Below are positions 25,352-32,000 of a DNA stretch of 32,000 bases, in pieces. The translations under genes were made by a program, and so were the position numbers. The notes below the pieces were generated by a model, which saw only the letters and a program-made list of their open reading frames with translations, had not been told where the DNA came from and searched no databases. Positions within the stretch are counted from its first letter, which is position 1. Every line of letters begins with the position of its first letter. This DNA is from Psychrobacter cryohalolentis K5 (GTDB taxonomy: Bacteria; Pseudomonadota; Gammaproteobacteria; Pseudomonadales; Moraxellaceae), in the NCBI RefSeq assembly GCF_000013905.1, contig NC_007969.1, positions 1,080,001 through 1,112,000 on the forward strand. Direction: 5' to 3'.

Positions 25352-26176
25352 CTATGAATGTTCTGAAATGAAATCAGAAATATATTCATTGACAATCTTT
25401 GGTTGCTCAAGTGCCACCGAATGGCCCGCCTTTGGAATCACAAACATCTGACTATCCGCTACAGTTTGAGCGATGTTATGGGAAAGTGGCACTTCATAAG
25501 CGTGGTCTTGCTCACCTGCCAATATTAGCATAGGTACCTTACAGTCCTTAAGCTCATCTAAGACACCTGTACGATGTATAACACCATGAGCACTGCGCGC
25601 AATATCTGGCCCTAGTTTCAGCATATGATCACGCCAGTACTCGCGCTCGCTTGCACGTGAGGCGTCTGCCAAATAGTCATCACCAAACATAATATACATG
25701 AGTGTGTCGATAAATGGTTCGGTGCCTTGTGCGTTTACACCATCAATGAGGGGGGAGAAATCAGAGAGCTTATATTCAAGCTCTCCGCTAGAGCCAAGTA
25801 CAATACAACCTTTCAGTAAATCTGGTCGTCGAGCAGCTAAACGCAAAGCAATAAAGCCTCCCATAGAGTTACCTGCAAAGAAGCAAGGTGCTAGGTTGAG
25901 TGCCTCAATCAATGCTATCGCATCATCGGTATGCGTATCCATATCAACACTTTTTAAATCTGATCGAGAGCTTTGTCCTTGGTCTCGAAGATCATAGCTC
26001 ACAATTCGAATAGTCTTAGAGAAGTATTCTGTTTGATGAGCGAACATTGTTTGATCAAAAAATAGGGAGTGACACATCACTAATACTGGTGCGTCTTTCG
26101 GACCTTGATCACTATAAACAAGGGTAGTTCCATTAACGTTAATATTTGGCATGGTTCTCATCCTTGTAGTAAACAC
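25352..26176 (-). CDS. Alpha/beta-fold hydrolase
   Basis: Contains HSLFFD, the nucleophile elbow FAGNSMGG, a late GEQD motif, and a C-terminal His in PKAGHSVALEQP. The start is possibly the downstream Met (MPNINVNG...). The gene is visibly more GC-rich than its neighbours. Confidence 0.8.
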   Translation of the reverse strand: MFTTRMRTMPNINVNGTTLVYSDQGPKDAPVLVMCHSLFFDQTMFAHQTEYFSKTIRIVSYDLRDQGQSSRSDLKSVDMDTHTDDAIALIEALNLAPCFFAGNSMGGFIALRLAARRPDLLKGCIVLGSSGELEYKLSDFSPLIDGVNAQGTEPFIDTLMYIMFGDDYLADASRASEREYWRDHMLKLGPDIARSAHGVIHRTGVLDELKDCKVPMLILAGEQDHAYEVPLSHNIAQTVADSQMFVIPKAGHSVALEQPKIVNEYISDFISEHS

Positions 26177-26534
26177 TTTGAATTCAAATAGATATAGTCA
26201 TGTGAACTTATTTATAGTAGCACTAATTTACTTAAAGAGATGATAGGTTTATAGCATCGAGCATTGTTTTTCCAGTCAATTTATGTCGAACAAAATTTAG
26301 TTACTTTATATGTTAATGAATGTAAGATAAGTAAATAATATTGTTACTGCTCAGTTGCTATTAAAACTATTATTCTTGGATTTAGTTTTACATAATTAAT
26401 GATAAGTAAGATATTAATATGAATTGAAAAATAAATTTTGCTAATACCTAGATAGATAATTATTAATTTTTATTCTACGAAAAAAAGACTATTTAAGAGA
26501 AGGTTTTAATAGAGCCATAAATATAAGGCAAATA

Positions 26535-29500
26535 ATGTATAAAAAAGAGGGTATGTTTTACTCACCATCAGATCTAACCAAATACATGGAAAGTCCTTTT
26601 GCATCATGGATGGATAGACTCGCTCAAGAGTATCCAGAGTTAGCACCTAAGCCAGATCCTAGTGACGAGCTTATGGTGATGTTGCAACAAAAAGGTTATG
26701 AGCATGAAGATAAGCTAGAGACGCAGTTCATAGCTGAAGGCAAGAGCTTAGTCAAAATTGAGGGCATTACCAAAAAGGATAAATATACCAAAACTTTAGC
26801 GGCAATGAAGCAAGGTGCTGAAGTCATTATACAAGGAAGGTTAGAGCTTAGGGAGTTCGCCAGCTATGCTGATTTTCTGGTGAAAGTGGAGCACAAGTCA
26901 GATCAACCTTTAAGCAATCTCGGAGATTGGCATTATGAGGTGTGGGACACTAAGCTTGCTAGTCACGTCAAGCCAACATTTATAATCCAATTGTGTTGCT
27001 ACGCTCAAATGCTTGAGACCATTCAAGGCTGCTTGCCTCAAAATATTACCGTTGCTCTTGGCAATGGTGAGAAGCAAATACTAAAGACTCATGATTTTTA
27101 TTACTATTATCTATCTCTTAAAAATACTTTTTTGGTCGAGCACTCTCGCTTTCATCCCGATCAAAAACCAGATCCTGCTGACTCGAAAAGTTGGGGTAAT
27201 TGGAGTAACCATGCCGAACAAATTTTGCTCGATAAAGATCATCTGTTTCAAGTGGCGAACATTACCAAAGCACAAATTAAAAAGCTCAATAAAGTAGGTG
27301 TTCGCACTATGCAGCAGCTCGCAGAGTTGCCTTTATTATCAGTGCCTGGTATCCATTCTACATCTCTCACTAAAATTAAAGCTCAAGCTGCTATACAAAT
27401 CAAAACCCATTTAAAAAATCAAATCTCAGATGAGCCTGATAGTAGTGATAAACCAGAGTTTGAAATATTGACTCACATACAGGATGAGAAAAAAGGTTTA
27501 GCACTATTACCGCCACATTCTGCACTGGACGTATTCTTCGACATTGAAGGATTTCCACTTGATGAAGGCGGTTTAGAGTATTTATGGGGCAATAGCTATC
27601 TTGATGAACAGGGTAATCGTCAATTTAAAGATTTCTGGGCGCATAATACTGAACAAGAAAAACAGTGTTTTGAGGCGTTTATCCACTGGGTATATGACAG
27701 ATGGCAACAAGACCCGAGTATGCACATTTATCACTATGCTAATTATGAAATTGCTGCGTGCCGAAAACTTATGGGTCGCTATGGCGTTTGTGAGTATGAA
27801 GTTGACCAACTCTTAAGAAATGAAGTGTTTGTAGACTTGTATAAAGTGGTGAAAGGTGGCTTACGATTAGGTGCCTCTAAATACTCTATCAAAAACGTAG
27901 AGCGTCTCTATCGAAGCAAGCGTAACACTGAGGTAGGCAATGGCGGTGATTCTATCGTTGTTTATGATCACTGGCGACAGTTATTTGAGCAAGGCCTAGA
28001 AGGGGATACTTGGCAAACCTCGAAGATTCTAAATGATATTCGAGATTATAATATTGATGATTGCGACTCTACGCAGGAGCTAACGGTATGGTTGAGGGAG
28101 CAGCAAGCAATACATCGCATTGAGTATCTTGGTAAAGCAGAAGTTATTGAGGCAGAAATACCCGATGAAGTAAGCATAGTAACTGCATTGCGTGATCGTT
28201 TATTGGCTCAAGCCAAAATGGAATCGCTCGACAACCCTAAACAGGGACAACTGACTGAAAACTTGGCATGGATGTTAGAGTTTCATCGCCGAGAGTCTAA
28301 GCCTTTATTTTGGAAGCTTTTTGATCGACTTGGTTCAGACGAGATGGAGCTTTTTAACGACTTAGACTGTCTTGCACTTTGTGAGCGGACGGATAGAGCG
28401 CCCTTTAAGTCTCAACCCAAAGCTAGAAACTTAAGCTATGAGTATAGCTTCGATTTAGAGCAAGAATTTAAGGGCGCTGTGAAAAGCTTCTATTTACTTG
28501 GAGTTGAAAAATCAGATGGCAAAAATGCTACGGTTAGTTTTGCTGCCGAGGAAAGTGATTTAGACAAGGGTATAATCGTAGTTAAAGCTAAAGACGAACC
28601 ACCAATCACAATATCACTTATTCCAGACGACTACATTAGAGCGGATGTTATCTCAGAAGCAATCTTTAGAACGGTTGCTGAGTATGAACAAGGATTATTT
28701 AAACAACAACAATCTGCCGTTATAGACTTTTTAACGGGTTCAAAGCCGAGAATATCAAATCATAAAGGAGGTGATATTGTCGATAGTGATGAACCTAATG
28801 CACGCTTAGAGCAAATCATCACGGCGATTGTTAATCTAGATAATAGCTACTTACCTATACAGGGCCCTCCTGGCGCTGGCAAGACTTTCACTGGTAAACA
28901 TGTCATCGCTCATCTGCTTAAATCAGGCGCAAAAATAGGCATCTCAAGTAACAGCCATAAAGCGATCAACAATCTATTATTGAGTACTGCCAAGTATTGC
29001 AAACTTCAAAACATAAAAGCAGCTTTTATTTGTACACAAGATACTGATGATGAGCTTGCAGATTATGATGTGACTATATCTAGCAATAGTAAGTTGATCA
29101 GTCAGATACAATCAGCCTGTGTTATCGGAACAACTGCTTGGGGTTTTGCGCGAGAAGATATGACTAAGCAGCTCGACTATTTATTTATTGATGAAGCCGG
29201 TCAGGTTTCAACGGCAAATTTGGTAGCTATGAGTCGTAGTGCTAAGAATTTAGTATTAATGGGTGATCAGATGCAGTTAGGTCAACCTTCACAAGGCACC
29301 CATCCTGCTCAAAGTGGGTTATCTATATTAGATTATCTACTCCATAAAACACCGACAATACCTGCAGATAGAGGTGTGTTTTTAGATACGACTTATCGTA
29401 TGCATAGCAAAGTAAATACTGTTATCAGTCAGCTAATCTATGAGAACAAACTAAAGTCTCATCTTGATAATGATAAGCGTATTCTTCAAATTTCAGACGT

Positions 29501-30053
29501 ATCTGGTCAAAGTACTGATCACCAAACCTTAGACGCGTATTTGAACTCTGAGGCAGGCATTATCTTTATCCCTGTAGAGCATGAAGGTAATACTCAAGCT
29601 TCTGATGAAGAGGTTGTAGTGATTAAGCAACTAGCTGAATCACTGTTAGGGCGTCTATTACATACTGGTGCGACTAAAGATACTGGAGAGCCAGAAACTC
29701 GCCCAATTACATGGGACGATATGTTGTTTGTCGCTCCCTATAATCATCAAGTTAGTAAGCTAAAAACTGCCTTGGGCAAACAAGCAAAGATTGGTAGTGT
29801 GGATAAGTTTCAAGGTCAAGAAGCGCCTATCATATTTTTAAGTATGTGTAGTAGTGATGCTAGTGAATCGCCTCGCGGTATTGAGTTCTTGCTGGATAAA
29901 AACCGCATTAATGTCGCGATCTCTAGAGCACAAACCTTGGCTGTCGTAGTGGCAAATTCTAATCTTGGTAATATGTCCGTCAATAATGTTGAGCAGTTAA
30001 AAAAAGTGAATCTATTTAATGCAATGAACCTCATGAACGACAGGATCGTCTAA
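26535..30053 (+). CDS. RecB-like (PD-(D/E)xK) nuclease + RNase H-like domain + SF1 (DNA2/Upf1-like) helicase fusion, 1172 aa
   Basis: The N-terminus reads YSPSDLTKYMESPFASWMDR ... ADFLVKVE ... YEVWDTKLA ... QLCCYAQML, a TM0106-type RecB-like nuclease pattern. DVFFDIEGFP...YLWG follows. The helicase motifs are IQGPPGAGKTFTG (Walker A), LFIDEAGQVS (Walker B), VDKFQGQEAPIIFLSM and NRINVAISRAQ. Confidence 0.8.
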   Translation: MYKKEGMFYSPSDLTKYMESPFASWMDRLAQEYPELAPKPDPSDELMVMLQQKGYEHEDKLETQFIAEGKSLVKIEGITKKDKYTKTLAAMKQGAEVIIQGRLELREFASYADFLVKVEHKSDQPLSNLGDWHYEVWDTKLASHVKPTFIIQLCCYAQMLETIQGCLPQNITVALGNGEKQILKTHDFYYYYLSLKNTFLVEHSRFHPDQKPDPADSKSWGNWSNHAEQILLDKDHLFQVANITKAQIKKLNKVGVRTMQQLAELPLLSVPGIHSTSLTKIKAQAAIQIKTHLKNQISDEPDSSDKPEFEILTHIQDEKKGLALLPPHSALDVFFDIEGFPLDEGGLEYLWGNSYLDEQGNRQFKDFWAHNTEQEKQCFEAFIHWVYDRWQQDPSMHIYHYANYEIAACRKLMGRYGVCEYEVDQLLRNEVFVDLYKVVKGGLRLGASKYSIKNVERLYRSKRNTEVGNGGDSIVVYDHWRQLFEQGLEGDTWQTSKILNDIRDYNIDDCDSTQELTVWLREQQAIHRIEYLGKAEVIEAEIPDEVSIVTALRDRLLAQAKMESLDNPKQGQLTENLAWMLEFHRRESKPLFWKLFDRLGSDEMELFNDLDCLALCERTDRAPFKSQPKARNLSYEYSFDLEQEFKGAVKSFYLLGVEKSDGKNATVSFAAEESDLDKGIIVVKAKDEPPITISLIPDDYIRADVISEAIFRTVAEYEQGLFKQQQSAVIDFLTGSKPRISNHKGGDIVDSDEPNARLEQIITAIVNLDNSYLPIQGPPGAGKTFTGKHVIAHLLKSGAKIGISSNSHKAINNLLLSTAKYCKLQNIKAAFICTQDTDDELADYDVTISSNSKLISQIQSACVIGTTAWGFAREDMTKQLDYLFIDEAGQVSTANLVAMSRSAKNLVLMGDQMQLGQPSQGTHPAQSGLSILDYLLHKTPTIPADRGVFLDTTYRMHSKVNTVISQLIYENKLKSHLDNDKRILQISDVSGQSTDHQTLDAYLNSEAGIIFIPVEHEGNTQASDEEVVVIKQLAESLLGRLLHTGATKDTGEPETRPITWDDMLFVAPYNHQVSKLKTALGKQAKIGSVDKFQGQEAPIIFLSMCSSDASESPRGIEFLLDKNRINVAISRAQTLAVVVANSNLGNMSVNNVEQLKKVNLFNAMNLMNDRIV

Positions 30054-30066
30054 TTCATAAGCTAAG

Positions 30067-30642
30067 ATGGAGAGCAATTCAAGAAATACGATTAACTTGA
30101 ATTTTAAATTTTACGATAAAAATACAGGAGTCATGCTTATGATAGCTAATGCTGTGCAGAGAGGTAGTAGTGTTTACCTGTATGATGAAACAGGCCAAGA
30201 TTTGCCAGTTTCAATTTTTACTAGAGGAGGTAGGTTAGTAGGGTTTACTGCTTCTACAGTAAGCATTCAAAACGGTACCCTTATTTATACTTACGATAAT
30301 CGGGGTAATATCTTAGGCACTCCAATTTCTACTGCCTCTCAAGGGACCATTGAGTCTGATGCAACGAATGATAGGGAATCTAGCAGATATAGTAATAGAG
30401 CAAATAGTAATACATCAGATTATGGGTTCATTGATGGATATATCGAAAGTTTAACGAATTATGTATACAGGAAGGGATGGAGTCAAAAGAGTATATTTGG
30501 AAAACTACTAACTTTGATTTTATTACCCTTTGCAGTTTGCATCTCTGCTATTCAGATTGCTTTCACAATTTTAAGATGGCTAGTGATTGCTGCGGTAGTA
30601 CTTGTAGTTCTATATGTATTTTATATAGGTATTTTTGGTTAG
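30067..30642 (+). CDS. Hypothetical membrane protein (soluble N-domain, two C-terminal TM helices)
   Basis: The ORF starts 13 nt after the helicase stop. ATGs at 30133 and 30139, preceded by AGGAG, are alternative starts. The C-terminus LLTLILLPFAVCISAIQIAFTILRWLVIAAVVLVVLYVFYIGIFG is hydrophobic. Confidence 0.5.
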   Translation: MESNSRNTINLNFKFYDKNTGVMLMIANAVQRGSSVYLYDETGQDLPVSIFTRGGRLVGFTASTVSIQNGTLIYTYDNRGNILGTPISTASQGTIESDATNDRESSRYSNRANSNTSDYGFIDGYIESLTNYVYRKGWSQKSIFGKLLTLILLPFAVCISAIQIAFTILRWLVIAAVVLVVLYVFYIGIFG

Positions 30643-30880
30643 TTTTACCATTTTTTAAGTATTATCACTACAGTGGAAAAATATTATAAAGCCCGATGTA
30701 TAAAGATGGCTATTCGAGATTTAAAAACATACAATCATAGGGTGGCCCTATTAATATAGGTTCATTAGCTAAAGGAGAAAATCAGTCAATTTGAAGTTTT
30801 GGATAATTGCTACTTAAATTTCTATAAGCCGATCATAGCGGACAAACAAAAACTAATTTCATTTAATAAAGGGATTTATA

Positions 30881-32000
30881 ATGAAAAACGTAGCTGACTC
30901 AAATAATGAAGAATGGATGCAAGAGATTTGGGATTGGGCAGATAAATTTAATATTGAAAAAGATATTATCCCTAGAAAGCCAAAAAAATTAATTAAGTTA
31001 GAAGTACTGGAAATTAGTTACAATGATGAAATAAGTACAATACCTGAAAGTATTGGAAATCTTAAGAGTTTAGTAACTTTCGCACTAGAAGGAAGTAAAG
31101 TAAAAAAATTACCAAACAGTATCGGTGAATTATCTAAACTGAAGCAATTAGTAATTAGCAGTAATGATAAACTAACTGAACTTCCTAAAAGCATGGGTAA
31201 TCTTGAAAATTTGGAAGAACTTCAGTTGAGAGGAAATGGACTTAAAAAATTACCAGATAGTTTCGGGCAGCTATCAAACTTAATATACCTAACCATTAAC
31301 GGTAACTATAACTTAACTGAACTTCCTGAAAGTCTTGGAGGCCTTGAAAACCTAGAAAGCCTTACTTTAGGATACATGGGGATAACAAAATTACCAGAAA
31401 GTATTGGTCAGCTATCAAAATTAAAATATTTAACTATTGAAGATCTTGAAAACATAATTGATCTTCCTGAAAGTATTAAAGACCTTGGGAATTTAGAAAG
31501 CCTTACTTTAGAGAATAGTGGTTTTAAAAAATTACCAGAAAGTATTGGTCAGTTGTTAAATTTAACAAATTTAACTATTAATTATAATAATAATATCACC
31601 GAATTTCCTGAAAGTATTGGAAATTTAAATATTTTAGAATATCTTAGTTTAGGAGGTAATAGTGTTAAAAAATTACCAGATAGTATTGGAAAATTATTTA
31701 GTTTAAGAGAGCTAAACATTAGTAATATTGAAAAATCGATCGATATTCCTGAAAGTATTGGCAATCTTAAGAATTTAGAAAGCCTTAGTTTAGGATACAT
31801 AAATATTAAGAAATTACCTGAAAATATTTTTCAATTATCAAGTTTATTAAGTTTGACTATAGTAGATAATATGAAACTCACAGAAATTTCTGAAAATATT
31901 AATAAACTTAAAAATTTAGAGACACTCTATTTAAAAGGTAATAACTTTAAAAAATTACCTAGTAGTATTGGTCAGTTATCAAAATTGATAGATTTAAGTA
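30881..32000 (+). CDS. Leucine-rich repeat protein, partial (continues past the right edge)
   Basis: Absent from the ORF track because it has no stop in the window. My translation from the ATG at 30881 is open to 32000 (373 codons). It contains at least 13 tandem 23-24-aa LRRs of the form L(P/T)ESIG(N/Q)LxNLExLxLxxxxxKK. Confidence 0.8.
   Translation, partial: MKNVADSNNEEWMQEIWDWADKFNIEKDIIPRKPKKLIKLEVLEISYNDEISTIPESIGNLKSLVTFALEGSKVKKLPNSIGELSKLKQLVISSNDKLTELPKSMGNLENLEELQLRGNGLKKLPDSFGQLSNLIYLTINGNYNLTELPESLGGLENLESLTLGYMGITKLPESIGQLSKLKYLTIEDLENIIDLPESIKDLGNLESLTLENSGFKKLPESIGQLLNLTNLTINYNNNITEFPESIGNLNILEYLSLGGNSVKKLPDSIGKLFSLRELNISNIEKSIDIPESIGNLKNLESLSLGYINIKKLPENIFQLSSLLSLTIVDNMKLTEISENINKLKNLETLYLKGNNFKKLPSSIGQLSKLIDLS

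Noticed and set aside
24962-31800. Antisense or overlapping track ORFs 24962..25168, 25698..25997, 27091..27297, 27582..27809, 27601..27816, 29816..30034, 30477..30689 and 31582..31800
   Set aside because: Each is nested within, or out of frame with, a longer and well-supported gene (methyltransferase, hydrolase, helicase, membrane protein, LRR protein). The one at 31582..31800 is simply the reverse frame of the LRR repeats.
30980-32000. Regularly spaced near-identical approx 20-30 bp DNA motifs that could be mistaken for a CRISPR array
   Set aside because: The periodicity (about 69-72 bp) is in frame with a continuous open reading frame encoding LRR units. The supposed spacers are also conserved, and no cas genes or leader are present.
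1-32000. Prophage interpretation of the region
   Set aside because: No capsid, terminase, portal, tail or lysis genes are recognisable. The mobility genes present are recombinases and IS transposases, which fits an integrative island rather than a prophage.

Overview
AT-rich, mosaic accessory region that looks like a bacterial genomic island. The composition and IS types suggest a Gammaproteobacterium, but I cannot verify the taxon. All domain calls come from motif reading by eye; no HMM or BLAST search was possible.

Left to right:
(1) 1-5570, minus strand: a multi-recombinase module. A small ORF is followed by two very large tyrosine-recombinase homologues. The second runs off the left edge, and the first has Phe where the catalytic Tyr is expected.
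(2) 5665-6555: an orphan gene. 6566-7050: a heavily decayed IS630-family remnant.
(3) 7065-17342, minus strand: the main item, a tightly packed eight-gene operon. In transcription order it encodes a WYL-HTH regulator, a short and a long dynamin-like GTPase (paralogues), a tail-anchored membrane protein with an internal duplication, a 1090-aa HerA/FtsK-type ATPase with a Ser/Thr-rich and glycine-zipper membrane insert, an HNH/EndoVII (WHH-like) nuclease overlapping the ATPase stop, a small immunity-like protein, and a HEPN (Rx4H) protein. I know of no described system with this composition, so I flag it as a candidate new conflict (anti-phage or toxin-export) system.
(4) 17886-23320: an IS graveyard. 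It holds an IS5-like fragment cut by a decayed IS3-family element, two orphan genes, a solo IS256-type end, an IS256-family copy whose transposase is broken by a 70-bp hairpin-bearing insertion, and an IS630 N-terminal fragment.
(5) 23477-32000: further cargo. This comprises an HNH endonuclease plus a small SAM methyltransferase, an alpha/beta hydrolase, a 1172-aa RecB-like nuclease/SF1 helicase fusion with a downstream membrane protein, and a leucine-rich-repeat protein running off the right edge.

No rRNA, tRNA or CRISPR array was seen.
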